Source: Gammaproteobacteria bacterium (lineage in GTDB: Bacteria; Pseudomonadota; Gammaproteobacteria; Eutrophobiales; Eutrophobiaceae). Taken from it: a stretch of 64,000 nucleotides of DNA. A program made the translations under genes and the position numbers. Location of the stretch: positions 992,001 through 1,056,000 of the forward strand of contig CBDCDS010000003.1 of the NCBI GenBank assembly GCA_965215365.1, written 5' to 3'. Positions 10,041-20,479 of this stretch are shown piece after piece; position 1 is the first letter of the stretch, and every line of letters starts with the position of its first letter. The notes below the pieces were generated by a model that did no database searches, had not been told where the DNA came from, and worked only from the letters and a program-made list of their open reading frames with translations.

Positions 10041-11701
10041 ACGCCCAACATCTCCCGGGCATGGTCACGCGACTGTTGTGAAATTCTGACACCACCCAGC
10101 ATACGGGCGATTTCTTCCACCCGTTGCTCGTCGTCTAGTGCCTGCACCTGCGTTTCGGTGGATGCTGCAGCGAAGGTTTTGCTTACCCGGAAGTGGTGGT
10201 CGCCCTGTGCGGCGACCTGTGGCAGGTGGGTGACGCACAGGACTTGCCGGTCTGTCGCCAGCGTGCGCAACAGCGTGCCGACGATTTCCGCAATGCCGCC
10301 GGAGATCCCCGCGTCCACTTCATCAAATATCACCGTTGCCGCACCGCCAGCCTGGTTGGCGCTGACCTGCAGGCCCAGGCTGATACGGGAAAGCTCCCCG
10401 CCCGAGGCGACCTTTCGTAACGGCAGCAAGGCCTGACCGGGATTGGTGCTGATCAGGAATTCGACCTGATCATTGCCGTTGTTGTGGGGCTTTGCATCCG
10501 GGTCTGAGGTGACCTCGAGCTGCACCCTGCCTTCAGGCATCCCCAGGGTGCGTATCCGCTCGGTGACAGTCGTTGCCAGCGCTTGCGCAGACTGGCGGCG
10601 GCGCTCACTCAAGGTCGCCGCCGCAAGCCGGTACTGTGCCAGTGCCTGCTGCTGTTGCTGCTCCAGTTCAGTTGCACGCGTGCGCGCCTGCGCCAGAGCT
10701 GCCAGTTGCTGCGCCAGGGTTTGCCAATGTTCGTATAACTGCTGTGGCTGCACCCGATGTTTGCGCGCCATGTCATGCAGACGGTTCAGGCGCGCCTCCA
10801 CCTGGCTCAGCCGCGCCGGGTCCTGGTCCAGTCGCGCCAGGTAGGCGCGCAGTTCGTCCGCCGCCTCGGCGACCTGTATGGAGGCGTTGTCCAGCAGTTC
10901 GGTGATTGCAGACAGCCCGGCATCGACGCGCGCCAGCGACACCAATTCCTTTTTGATGGTATTAAGGCGGCCGTCTATAGCCTGTTCGTCGGCACACAAG
11001 CCATTCAGCACTCGCTGGGTTGTCTCCTGCAGATTACTCAGGTTGACCAGTCGCTTGTATTCATCTTCCAGTGTCTCCACTTCATTTTCTCCCGGTTCCA
11101 GCCCTTCCAGTTCTTCCACCTGGTAGCTGAGCAGGGACAGCTGCTCTGCGCCGCCGCTACTCTCCGGGCTCAGCGCGTGTAATTCCCGGTTCACTTCATC
11201 CCATTTTCCATAAGCCCGGCTGACCTGCTCCACGATCTCGTCGTAGTCCCCGAAACCATCCAGCAAATGTCTTTGCACCTCCCGGTACAGGAGCCGTTGA
11301 TGCTCATGTTGCCCATGGATGTCGAGCAGCAATATCCCCACCTCACGCAGCAGTTGCCGCGGCACGGCGGTGGTGTTGATATAGGCACGGGAGCGTCCGT
11401 CCCGGTTAATGACCCGGCGCAGCAGCAGTTCGTCATCTGTAACGCTGATGGACTGCTCTCCTAACAGTTGTAGCAGGTCTGCATTGCCAGCCACAGCAAA
11501 GACCGCATTGACCTCGGCGCGCGCGCAGCCGCTGCGTATCACGGCAGTATCAGCCCGGTCTCCCAGCGCCAGCCCCAGGGCATCGATCAATATGGATTTA
11601 CCGGCGCCGGTCTCTCCGGTGAGTACCGTCATACCAGCCTTGAACGACAGTTCAAGCTGCGCTATTACGGCAAGATTGTTGATGCCGAGATGCTTCAACA
11701 T
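10037..11701 (-). CDS. recN: DNA repair protein RecN
   Basis: LTGETGAGKSIL, IHGQHEH, KVASGGELSRI, FDEVDAGISG, CVTHLPQVAA. Confidence 0.97.
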   Translation of the reverse strand: MLKHLGINNLAVIAQLELSFKAGMTVLTGETGAGKSILIDALGLALGDRADTAVIRSGCARAEVNAVFAVAGNADLLQLLGEQSISVTDDELLLRRVINRDGRSRAYINTTAVPRQLLREVGILLLDIHGQHEHQRLLYREVQRHLLDGFGDYDEIVEQVSRAYGKWDEVNRELHALSPESSGGAEQLSLLSYQVEELEGLEPGENEVETLEDEYKRLVNLSNLQETTQRVLNGLCADEQAIDGRLNTIKKELVSLARVDAGLSAITELLDNASIQVAEAADELRAYLARLDQDPARLSQVEARLNRLHDMARKHRVQPQQLYEHWQTLAQQLAALAQARTRATELEQQQQQALAQYRLAAATLSERRRQSAQALATTVTERIRTLGMPEGRVQLEVTSDPDAKPHNNGNDQVEFLISTNPGQALLPLRKVASGGELSRISLGLQVSANQAGGAATVIFDEVDAGISGGIAEIVGTLLRTLATDRQVLCVTHLPQVAAQGDHHFRVSKTFAAASTETQVQALDDEQRVEEIARMLGGVRISQQSRDHAREMLGV

Positions 11702-11739
11702 AACCGGTCCTGTACCTGAACCCCCTTCGATTCAAGGCC

Positions 11740-12606
11740 TTACCCCCAGTTCAACTTATCTCTGAGGATCTTGAAATGATCGTGATCTGCAGGATGTATC
11801 AGCCGGATTTTCTTGTCTTTCTTCTGTATATTCACCTTGTCGCCGGTCATCAGTTCACACACGATCTCGCCGTCGCAGGTCAGGTAGGCGCGGTCGATTT
11901 GCGGGGTGCCCACAATCACTTCAACCACGCTGTTGCCGTCTATGACTACCGGCCGGTTACTCAGGGTATGTGGACAGATCGGCACCAGCACCAGCGCGTT
12001 CAGCGCCGCATGCAGAATAGGGCCGCCGCCTGCCAGCGCATAAGCGGTCGAACCGGTGGGCGATGAGATGATCATGCCGTCCGAGCGCTGGCGATGCAGA
12101 AAGTTGCCGTCCACAAAGGTTTCAAGCTCAATCAGCTTGGCGATATTGCCCTTCTGCAAGATCACGTCATTAAAGGCGTGGCTTTCCAGCAGGGTCTTGC
12201 CCCGACTCTCGATTTCACAGTGTAATTGGAAGCGTTCGTCCTCGATAAAGTTCCCGCGCAGGATTTCATCGAGCCGTTCCACCACGGCGTTGGCAGGGAT
12301 GTCGGCCAGAAACCCGAGGCGGCCGCGATTGATGCCGAGCAATGGCACGTTGTAGTTGGCGAGCATGTGCGCGGCCCGCAACATGGTGCCGTCACCGCCT
12401 ATGGCAATGGCGAGATCGCAGTTCATGCCGAAATATTCCGCATCTCCCAGGGGCAGTTTTATGTTGGGCACCAATCGGGTGGAAAACCCATCTAAGATCA
12501 CCTCCTTGTCACGTTCCTTCAGGTACTCTATAACTGTCTGTAAGGTGTGAATGATTTCAGAAGTGCTATTATTTGCGATAAGGCCTATGGTGTTGAACAG
12601 GGTCAT
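11740..12606 (-). CDS. nadK: NAD kinase
   Basis: GGDGTML, GINRGRLGFL, AFNDV, SPTGSTAY..GGPIL. Confidence 0.96.
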   Translation of the reverse strand: MTLFNTIGLIANNSTSEIIHTLQTVIEYLKERDKEVILDGFSTRLVPNIKLPLGDAEYFGMNCDLAIAIGGDGTMLRAAHMLANYNVPLLGINRGRLGFLADIPANAVVERLDEILRGNFIEDERFQLHCEIESRGKTLLESHAFNDVILQKGNIAKLIELETFVDGNFLHRQRSDGMIISSPTGSTAYALAGGGPILHAALNALVLVPICPHTLSNRPVVIDGNSVVEVIVGTPQIDRAYLTCDGEIVCELMTGDKVNIQKKDKKIRLIHPADHDHFKILRDKLNWG

Positions 12607-12728
12607 GGGTTGTATTGGTTGCGGTCTGTCATCGTGTCCGTTCCGGCCAGTCCCTGCGGTCTTGTGCAAACATGACAGGTCAGGTATAAAATCCTCTGTC
12701 GGGAAACTTTGCCATATTAAACCGAACT

Positions 12729-13787
12729 ATGCCAAAAAATCGTCCACAGTTTATAACAGATTTAGACGAACGCAGCCTGTTATTGTTTAAGTCCCTGGTG
12801 GAACATTTCATCCAGGACGGGTATCCGGTCGGTTCGCGCACCTTGTCTAGGGATACCGGTCTGGCCTTGAGTCCCGCTACCATCCGCAACGTGATGGCCG
12901 ATCTTGAAGACATCGGCCTGTTGCGCTCGCCGCATACGTCCGCCGGACGCGTCCCCACTGCGCGCGGGTTGCGCCTGTTTGTGGACAGCCTGCTCAGTAT
13001 CGAACAACTGGAAGAACGGCAGGTTCGGCACATGACGCAGGAAATGGCTGCGGAAGCTGACATGCAGCATTTGATTGCGCGCACCTCCAGCCTGTTGTCC
13101 GACATCACTAATCTGGCCGCGGTGGTCATGTTGCCGCGCCGACAGATCAGTTCGCTGGAACACATCGAGTTTGTCAGTCTGTCTGATAATCGGATTCTCG
13201 TGATACTGGTGTTAAGCAACAAGGAGATCCAGAACCGGATCATACACACGGCAAAAACCTATACGCAATCGCAATTACAACGATCTGCCAACTATCTTAA
13301 CTCCACCTTGCGCGGCAAGGACTTAGATACGATTCGCGCCGAGGTACTCATGGAACTGAGAAAGTTGCAAGAAGACGTGAACGAGCTGATGCAGGCCGCC
13401 ATTGAAATGGCGCAGCAGGCTTTTGTCTCCCCAACCGCCGCCGATGATGTCGTGATTTCCGGGCAGACCAACCTGATGGGCGTAGCGGAATTGAGCGACC
13501 TGGACAAATTGAAACGCTTGTTCGAGAGTTTCAACCAGAAGCGCGACATCCTGCACCTGCTGGAAAATTCCATCAATGCCAAGGGAATACAGATATTCAT
13601 CGGAGAAGAATCGGGCTATGAGGTGCTGGACGATTGCAGTATCGTTACTTCCCCGTACCAGAGCGAAGGGCGCATCCTCGGGGTACTGGGCGTCATCGGG
13701 CCGACCCGCATGGATTATGAAAGAGTCATCCCGGTCGTGGACATGACCGCAAAGATTCTCAGCGCGGCCTTGAATTCTACCGATTAG
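12729..13787 (+). CDS. hrcA: Heat-inducible transcription repressor
   Basis: PVGSRTL, SPATIRNVMADLE, PHTSAGRVPT, VIGPTRMDY. Confidence 0.97.
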   Translation: MPKNRPQFITDLDERSLLLFKSLVEHFIQDGYPVGSRTLSRDTGLALSPATIRNVMADLEDIGLLRSPHTSAGRVPTARGLRLFVDSLLSIEQLEERQVRHMTQEMAAEADMQHLIARTSSLLSDITNLAAVVMLPRRQISSLEHIEFVSLSDNRILVILVLSNKEIQNRIIHTAKTYTQSQLQRSANYLNSTLRGKDLDTIRAEVLMELRKLQEDVNELMQAAIEMAQQAFVSPTAADDVVISGQTNLMGVAELSDLDKLKRLFESFNQKRDILHLLENSINAKGIQIFIGEESGYEVLDDCSIVTSPYQSEGRILGVLGVIGPTRMDYERVIPVVDMTAKILSAALNSTD

Positions 13788-13796
13788 CCCGCATAT
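13769..13796 (+). promoter_or_regulatory. Sigma32-type promoter for grpE
   Basis: CTTGAA-13 nt-CCCGCATAT upstream of grpE. Confidence 0.65.
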
Positions 13797-13837
13797 CTAC
13801 TCTGCACCAGAAGCACAGGTGCAAAACGAGTTACACC

Positions 13838-14464
13838 ATGGCAAAAGCTAAAGATAAAGAGCAGCAACAGCCCGGGAATGGCGCTGAAACAACCGCGCCG
13901 GAGGAGGCAGCCGCAGAAGCAGCACCTGCCGCTGAGGCGGCCGCGGCGGCAGACAGCGACGCGCAGGATCAAGAACACGAGAGCGCCAGCGCCGCAGAGT
14001 ATGCCGACCTGTTACAGGAAAACGAGCGTCTGCAGCTGCAGCGGCAGGAACACATCGATAAGGCCCTGCGCGCCACGGCAGAACTGGATAACGTCCGCAA
14101 ACGCGCCGCCCGCGACGTTGAAAACGCACATAAATATGCCCTGGAGCGGTTTGTCAACGAGTTTTTGCCGGTGCTGGACAGCATGGAACTGGGCCTTGAT
14201 GCCTCGCAATCAGCGCAAGACCTCGAAGGTCTGCGCGAAGGCCTGCACCTCACCCTGAAAAAGCTGCTCGACTGTCTGGACAAGTTCGGGGTGAAAGCCA
14301 TAGACCCGGTCGGTGAGAAATTCGACCCGGATTGGCATGAAGCCGTCTCCATGCAGGAACTCGAGGGCGCCGCTGCGGGCGACATTGTCACCGTGATGCA
14401 AAAGGGCTATGAACTGAACGGGCGTCTGGTCAGGCCGGCAATGGTGATAGTGGCGAAATCTTGA
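13838..14464 (+). CDS. grpE: Nucleotide exchange factor GrpE
   Basis: RATAELDNVRKR, FDPDWHEA, QKGYELNGRLVRPAMV. Confidence 0.97.
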   Translation: MAKAKDKEQQQPGNGAETTAPEEAAAEAAPAAEAAAAADSDAQDQEHESASAAEYADLLQENERLQLQRQEHIDKALRATAELDNVRKRAARDVENAHKYALERFVNEFLPVLDSMELGLDASQSAQDLEGLREGLHLTLKKLLDCLDKFGVKAIDPVGEKFDPDWHEAVSMQELEGAAAGDIVTVMQKGYELNGRLVRPAMVIVAKS

Positions 14465-14615
14465 GGGAACCTCTAAAAATACCCTCCGTGGTATTTTTAG
14501 AGACGGAAATGAAAAAGTGTGATTTTTCATTTCCTTCATTTTCAAGCACTTACGTGCTTAAAAATGGCAGCACATCCCTGTGCTGTACGGGTGCCTCTAA
14601 TTAATAGAGGCACCC
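14465..14615. mobile_element. MITE family B, full 151-bp copy
   Basis: GGGAACCTCT...AGAGGCACCC ends with a TTGA duplication (14461-64 / 14616-19); near-identical to 46687-46837. Confidence 0.9.
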
Positions 14616-14643
14616 TTGAATTTCACGCGCACAACCCTCATAT
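14615..14643 (+). promoter_or_regulatory. Sigma32-type promoter for dnaK
   Basis: CTTGAA-14 nt-CCCTCATAT. Confidence 0.65.
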
Positions 14644-14685
14644 ACATCTCCAGTTGCACACTCAGGAATAAACGAGGCTTGAAAC

Positions 14686-16632
14686 ATGAGCAAAATTATC
14701 GGTATTGACCTGGGCACGACCAATTCCTGTGTTGCGGTACTGGAAGGTGGTCAGCCCCGGGTCATAGAAAACAGTGAAGGCGGCAGAACCACCCCATCCA
14801 TCGTCGCGTTTGCCGACGACGATGAAGTCCTGGTGGGGCAGTCGGCCAAGCGTCAGGCGGTGACCAATCCCACTAACACCTTATTCGCGGTGAAGCGTCT
14901 GATCGGGCGGCGCTATGAAGACAGCGTGGTACAGAAAGATATCAACATGGTGCCCTATAACATCGTCAAGGCGGACAACGGCGATGCCTGGGTGGACGTC
15001 AAAGGCAAAAAGATGGCGCCCCCGGAGATCTCCGCACGCGTGTTGATGAAAATGAAGCAGACCGCAGAAGATTACCTGGGAGAACAAGTGACCGAGGCGG
15101 TGATCACTGTGCCGGCTTACTTCAACGATTCGCAGCGTCAGGCCACCAAGGACGCCGGCAAGATCGCGGGGCTGGAGGTGCGGCGCATCATCAATGAGCC
15201 TACCGCCGCGGCGCTGGCCTACGGTATGGACAAGAAGCAGGGAGATTCCCGCATCGCAGTTTATGATCTGGGCGGCGGCACCTTCGACGTATCCATCATA
15301 GAAATAGCCGAGATAGACGGCGAGCACCAGTTCGAGGTGCTGTCCACCAACGGCGATACGTTCCTGGGCGGCGAGGACTTTGACCTGCGTATCATCGATT
15401 TTCTCTGCGACGAATTCAAGAAAGATCAGGGCATCGACCTGCATAGCGACCCGCTGGCCCTGCAACGCCTGAAGGAAGCGGCAGAGAAGGCGAAGATCGA
15501 GCTTTCCTCCAGCCAGCAGACCGACATCAACCTGCCCTACATCACCGCCGACGCCGGTGGCCCCAAGCATCTTAATATCAAGCTGAGCCGCTCCAAACTT
15601 GAAGCGCTGGTCGAAGACCTCGTTGAGCGCACCATCGAGCCTTGCCGGGTCGCGCTGGAAGACGCCGGGCATGCCGCCGCGGACATCACCGATGTGATTC
15701 TGGTGGGGGGTCAGACGCGTATGCCCAAGGTGCAGGAAAAGGTTAAAGAGTTCTTCGGCAAGGAGCCGCGCAAGGACGTCAACCCGGACGAAGCCGTCGC
15801 CGTCGGCGCGACCATTCAGGCCGGGGTGCTGGGCGGCGACGTGAAAGACGTGCTGTTGCTCGACGTGACGCCGTTGTCACTGGGTATCGAAACCCTGGGC
15901 GGGGTGATGACCCGGCTCATCGAAAAGAATACGACCATACCGACTAAGGCGCAGCAGGTATTCTCCACTGCGGACGACAATCAGACCGCAGTGACCGTGC
16001 ATGTGCTACAGGGTGAGCGCGAGATGGCGACCGGCAACAAGTCTCTGGGGCGCTTCGACCTGTCGGATATTCCGCCGGCGCCACGCGGGATGCCCCAGAT
16101 CGAGGTCACGTTCGATATCGACGCCAACGGCATTCTCAATGTGTCGGCCAAGGACAAGGCCACCGGCAAGGAGCAGTCCATCATCATCAAGGCATCCAGC
16201 GGTTTGTCCGATGACGAGATCAATAAAATGGTGCAGGACGCGGAAGCTCACGCAGAAGAAGATCGGCATGCGCGAGAATTGGTAGAAGCCCGCAATATGG
16301 CCGAGAATCTGGTGCATTCGTCCAGAAAATCCCTGGAGGAACTGGGCGACAAAGTCGAGGAGCAGGAGCGCAAAGACATTGAGGCCGCCGTGGCCGAGGT
16401 CGAGGAGGCCGTAAAGGGCAACGACAAGGAGGCTATTGAGGAAAAAACCCGGAAACTGACCGAAGCCGCCAGCAAGCTGGCGGAAAAGGCTTACCAGCAA
16501 CAGGCAGCAAGCGCCGACGCCGATACCAATGCCGGGGACGGGGACGCGGGTCAAGGTAAAGCCAACGGCGCGGCAAGCAGCGAGAACGTGGTTGACGCGG
16601 AATTTGAGGAAGTGGATGACAACAGAAAGTAA
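14686..16632 (+). CDS. dnaK: Chaperone DnaK
   Basis: [35 protein letters not shown]. Confidence 0.99.
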   Translation: MSKIIGIDLGTTNSCVAVLEGGQPRVIENSEGGRTTPSIVAFADDDEVLVGQSAKRQAVTNPTNTLFAVKRLIGRRYEDSVVQKDINMVPYNIVKADNGDAWVDVKGKKMAPPEISARVLMKMKQTAEDYLGEQVTEAVITVPAYFNDSQRQATKDAGKIAGLEVRRIINEPTAAALAYGMDKKQGDSRIAVYDLGGGTFDVSIIEIAEIDGEHQFEVLSTNGDTFLGGEDFDLRIIDFLCDEFKKDQGIDLHSDPLALQRLKEAAEKAKIELSSSQQTDINLPYITADAGGPKHLNIKLSRSKLEALVEDLVERTIEPCRVALEDAGHAAADITDVILVGGQTRMPKVQEKVKEFFGKEPRKDVNPDEAVAVGATIQAGVLGGDVKDVLLLDVTPLSLGIETLGGVMTRLIEKNTTIPTKAQQVFSTADDNQTAVTVHVLQGEREMATGNKSLGRFDLSDIPPAPRGMPQIEVTFDIDANGILNVSAKDKATGKEQSIIIKASSGLSDDEINKMVQDAEAHAEEDRHARELVEARNMAENLVHSSRKSLEELGDKVEEQERKDIEAAVAEVEEAVKGNDKEAIEEKTRKLTEAASKLAEKAYQQQAASADADTNAGDGDAGQGKANGAASSENVVDAEFEEVDDNRK

Positions 16633-17762
16633 TGGCTGCACAACGGGATTATTATGAGGTTCTCGGCGTATCGAAAAATGCGTCTGATGCCGATATAAAG
16701 AAGGCTTTTCGCCGTCTGGCGATGAAGTATCATCCGGATCGCAACCCGGACAATAAGCAGGCGGAGGAAAAATTCAAAGAAGCCAAGGAAGCCAACGATA
16801 TTCTCAGCGACAAGCAGAAGCGCGCGGCCTATGACCAGTTCGGCCATGCCGGCGTCGGCGCCGCGGCCGGCGGGCCCGACGCCCAGGGGTTCAGCGGTTT
16901 CGGCGACATCTTCGACAGCGTGTTCGGTGATATCTTCGGCGCCCAGGGGCGTGGCGGCTCGCGCGCCCAGTCTGGCGCCAACCTGCGCTACGACTTGGAA
17001 CTGGACCTGGAACAGGCCATCGCCGGTTCTACCATCAAGATTCGAGTGCCGAGGCTGGTGGCCTGTAGTGAGTGTTCCGGCAGCGGTGCCCGTAAGGGTT
17101 CGAGCCCGATCCCATGCCCTACCTGTAACGGCGCCGGCCAGGTGCGTATGCAGCAGGGGTTTTTCTCGGTACAGCAGACCTGCCCCAAGTGTCGCGGGCA
17201 GGGGAAAATCATCAGTGACCCCTGCCGCGCCTGCCAGGGCCAGGGGCGCGTACGCGACAGCAAGACTATCTCCGTCAAGATTCCCCCGGGCGTTGATAGC
17301 GGCGACCGGATTCGTCTATCCGGAGAAGGGGAGGCCGGTGGGCGCGGCGCGCCGGCGGGAGACCTCTACGTCAATGTTATCGTCAGGGAGCACGATATTT
17401 TCACCCGCGAGGGGTCAGACCTGTACTGTGAGGTGCCCGTCAGTTTTACCGCCGCGGCACTGGGACGGGAAGTCGAAATTCCGACGCTGGACGGCAAGGT
17501 TAAACTACGCATCCCGCCGGAAACCCAGAGCGGCAGATTATTCCGCCTGCGCGGCAAAGGCGTGCGCTCGGTACGGTCGGCAGCCAGGGGCGATTTGTTG
17601 TGTCGGGTGGCGCTGGAAACACCGGTCAATCTGAGCAAAAAGCAAAAAGAACTGTTAGAGCAGTTCGAAGATTCCATGGAAGAAGATGACCGACATTTCC
17701 TGCCGTTGGCCGGCAAGTGGTTCGACAGCGTAAAGAAATTTTTTGATAATGCCAGCCAGTAG
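16632..17762 (+). CDS. dnaJ: Chaperone DnaJ
   Basis: J domain with HPD and four CxxCxGxG repeats. Confidence 0.99.
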   Translation: MAAQRDYYEVLGVSKNASDADIKKAFRRLAMKYHPDRNPDNKQAEEKFKEAKEANDILSDKQKRAAYDQFGHAGVGAAAGGPDAQGFSGFGDIFDSVFGDIFGAQGRGGSRAQSGANLRYDLELDLEQAIAGSTIKIRVPRLVACSECSGSGARKGSSPIPCPTCNGAGQVRMQQGFFSVQQTCPKCRGQGKIISDPCRACQGQGRVRDSKTISVKIPPGVDSGDRIRLSGEGEAGGRGAPAGDLYVNVIVREHDIFTREGSDLYCEVPVSFTAAALGREVEIPTLDGKVKLRIPPETQSGRLFRLRGKGVRSVRSAARGDLLCRVALETPVNLSKKQKELLEQFEDSMEEDDRHFLPLAGKWFDSVKKFFDNASQ

Positions 17763-17781
17763 CATACCAGTCCCGAACTAA

Positions 17782-17810
17782 CCGTCATTCCCGCGTAAGC
17801 GGGAATCGAG
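17782..17810. repeat. Short palindromic repeat (ATTCCC-N8-GGGAAT, dRS3/RPE-like)
   Basis: CCGTCATTCCCGCGTAAGCGGGAATCGAG between dnaJ and dapB. Confidence 0.75.
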
Positions 17811-17846
17811 TGCAATGCCAGTCCCGAAGAGACACCTTATTGACTC

Positions 17847-18659
17847 ATGATAAAAGCAGCCATAAGCGGCGCCGCGGGCCGGATGGGAAAGACCATTCTG
17901 GCAGTGATCGGTGAAACCGACGGCATCACCACCGGCGCGGCCATAGAGCAACCCGGCTCACCGGCGCTGGGCCTAGATGCCGGCGCACAGGCCGGTATTG
18001 GCAATCTCGGTGTCAATGTAACTGATGATCTCGAGGCTGTCACGGACGACTTCGACGTGTTAATAGACTTCACCTGCGCCGCTGCGGCGCTGCAAAACCT
18101 GGCGCGCTGTCGCGCCGGCGGCAAGAAAGTGGTGATAGGCACGACCGGCCTGTCTGCCGGGCAACAGCGGACACTACGCGCGGCAAGCAAGGAGATCGCC
18201 ATCGTATTCGCCCCCAACATGAGTGTGGGCGTCAACCTGTGCTTCAAACTGGCAGAACTGGCCGCCGGCGTCATCGGCGACAGCGCTGATATCGAGATCA
18301 TCGAGGCGCACCATAACCGTAAGATCGATGCCCCTTCAGGCACCGCAATGCGCTTGGGCGAGATCGTAGCTACAACCCTGGGCCGCGATCTGAAACAATG
18401 CGCAGTATATGGCCGGCGGGGCATCACCGGCCCGCGTCCACGCGACGCCATCGGTTTTGAGACCATTCGTGCCGGCGACATCGTCGGCGAGCACACCCTG
18501 ATGTTCGCTGGCGAAGGCGAACGGGTGGAGATCAGACACATCGCCACCAGCCGCAAAACCTTCGCCACCGGCGCCGTACGCGCCGCACAGTGGGTGATGG
18601 AGAAGGAAAATGGCTTGTACAGTATGCAGGATGTATTGGGGTTGAATGCGGCGCGGTAA
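17847..18659 (+). CDS. dapB: 4-hydroxy-tetrahydrodipicolinate reductase
   Basis: [35 protein letters not shown]. Confidence 0.98.
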   Translation: MIKAAISGAAGRMGKTILAVIGETDGITTGAAIEQPGSPALGLDAGAQAGIGNLGVNVTDDLEAVTDDFDVLIDFTCAAAALQNLARCRAGGKKVVIGTTGLSAGQQRTLRAASKEIAIVFAPNMSVGVNLCFKLAELAAGVIGDSADIEIIEAHHNRKIDAPSGTAMRLGEIVATTLGRDLKQCAVYGRRGITGPRPRDAIGFETIRAGDIVGEHTLMFAGEGERVEIRHIATSRKTFATGAVRAAQWVMEKENGLYSMQDVLGLNAAR

Positions 18660-18759
18660 TGATGTTTACCCTCCGCATTCTGGTCGGCATCGATACTCTT
18701 GATGGAGTGATGGCTCAACTGCAGGCATTCTCTCTTGAACTCGAATCATCGGAGGTCGC

Positions 18760-19302
18760 ATGACAGATATTGACTTGCCTGATGACGGCCATGTTGTCCG
18801 TATGTCTCAACCACGTAAGGTCTCCGTGCTGTTCGTCTGCTTGGGCAACATCTGCCGCTCGCCCGCGGCGGAAGGTGTCTTCCGGTGCTATGTCGAACAA
18901 CAGGGCATTGCCGATCACATTGACATCGATTCCGCCGGCACTACCGACTACCACCGCGACAAATCTGCAGACCCGCGTATGCGCGCCGCCGCATCCCGGC
19001 GCGGTTACCCGCTGACATCCGTCGCGCGCCAGGTCCTGCCCGAAGACCTGCACCGGTTCGACCTGATCGTGGCCATGGACCGGGACAACCTGCACTACCT
19101 GCAGGAGCTTGCCGGCGGCCCGCAAACCCGTATCAGACTGCTTGGCTCGTTCCTGCCCGAGCATCAGGGACACCCGGAACAAGCCCCCGAAGTGCCGGAC
19201 CCCTACTACGGCGGCGACCAGGGTTTTGAAAAAGTGCTGGATATGATCGAGCGCGCCTGCCCCGCTCTCTGCGCCGCCTGCCGCAAGCCGGTTGGGGATT
19301 AA
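18760..19302 (+). CDS. Low-molecular-weight protein-tyrosine phosphatase (start may be 18802)
   Basis: VLFVCLGNICRSP P-loop, DSAGT, VPDPYYGG. Confidence 0.95.
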   Translation: MTDIDLPDDGHVVRMSQPRKVSVLFVCLGNICRSPAAEGVFRCYVEQQGIADHIDIDSAGTTDYHRDKSADPRMRAAASRRGYPLTSVARQVLPEDLHRFDLIVAMDRDNLHYLQELAGGPQTRIRLLGSFLPEHQGHPEQAPEVPDPYYGGDQGFEKVLDMIERACPALCAACRKPVGD

Positions 19303-19610
19303 CTGCACAGATTCTACTACCCGGCGAATGTCCACTATCCACTGACAGGGAGTGGGCCAGCGGGTGTTAGGATCCGGGTCGGACAGGAAAGTGGTGACGC
19401 CATTCAGTTGTTTGGCGATGAGGAGTCCCCTGTTTCCCCATTGAACCAAGCCGCGGTAACCGCATGAAATATAGCGGTTGACATGCGCGACAGTTTAACC
19501 GAAACTTCATTACGAAGAGGTGCCAGGGGGCCCAATTTGTAATCTGTTTGCTTGAGCGCTGCAACAATACATATCAAATCAAATATTATCTGAACGGAGA
19601 TCAAGGAGCC

Positions 19611-20003
19611 ATGGGAGCAATCTATACAAACGTTGTTATTCGCAATCCGGCTGATCGGAACAAGAGTTGGGAGGGTCGTTTCCTAGTCGATACCGGCGCT
19701 ACAGAATCACTCGTGCCGGCGCCTTGCCTGGAAGCAATTGGCCTCAAACCCATGGGCCAACGCGTGTATGAATTGGCAGATGGCAGTGAAATAGAGCTGG
19801 GCATTACGCCTGGCGTCATCGAATTCATGGGAGAAATCGTCGGCACCACGTTGGTTTTTGGCGCCGCTGATGCCGAGCCGCTGCTGGGCGTGACCGCGCT
19901 GGAATCGGCAGCCGTGGAGGTTGACCCGCGCCACCAGAAACTCAAAAAATTACCCGCAGGCAAGCTCAAGCGCAAATGTAGCGGATTGCCGCTTGCCGCT
20001 TAA
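19611..20003 (+). CDS. Clan AA (retropepsin-like) aspartic protease
   Basis: FLVDTGAT, YELADG, PLLGVTALE; AGGAG RBS. Confidence 0.88.
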   Translation: MGAIYTNVVIRNPADRNKSWEGRFLVDTGATESLVPAPCLEAIGLKPMGQRVYELADGSEIELGITPGVIEFMGEIVGTTLVFGAADAEPLLGVTALESAAVEVDPRHQKLKKLPAGKLKRKCSGLPLAA

Positions 20004-20017
20004 AAACGCTGCCGGTC

Positions 20018-20419
20018 GTGAGTAAAAGTCTGCTTACCCACAAAGGCGGCTGCCATTGCGGCGCAGTGTGGTTTGAGGTCGATGCGCCAGCAGCGGTCAT
20101 AGTACTGGACTGTAACTGCTCCATTTGCCGCATGAGTGGCTACCTGCACCTGCAGGTGCTGAAAGCGCGCTTCCGGTTACTGCGAGGTGAGGACGTCCTG
20201 TCCACCTACACTTTTAACACCGGTACCGCGCAACACTATTTTTGCCGCGTCTGCGGGGTCAAGTCATTCTACGTGCCGCGCTCCTTCCCCGAGGGTTACA
20301 GTGTCAACCTCAACTGCCTGGACAAAACGCACATCACCTGCATAACAGTAGAAAAGTTCGACGGCGATAACTGGGAAGCGGCTTACGACAGGAAAAAACA
20401 CGCGCCGCAGGATAGTTGA
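20018..20419 (+). CDS. GFA/CENP-V family protein
   Basis: GGCHCGAV, CNCSICR, HYFCRVCG. Confidence 0.92.
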   Translation: MSKSLLTHKGGCHCGAVWFEVDAPAAVIVLDCNCSICRMSGYLHLQVLKARFRLLRGEDVLSTYTFNTGTAQHYFCRVCGVKSFYVPRSFPEGYSVNLNCLDKTHITCITVEKFDGDNWEAAYDRKKHAPQDS

Positions 20420-20479
20420 ACGCGAACGAATTTCCGGTTGCACACATCCGCCCCCAGCGATAGTCGCCGTTATTGGCGC

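Noticed and set aside
13785-13798. TAGCCCGCATATCT as a MITE family A end
   Set aside because: Better explained as the sigma32 -10 box, correctly spaced from CTTGAA
12607-14685. CIRCE operator near hrcA, grpE or dnaK
   Set aside because: No TTAGCACTC-N9-GAGTGCTAA found by eye
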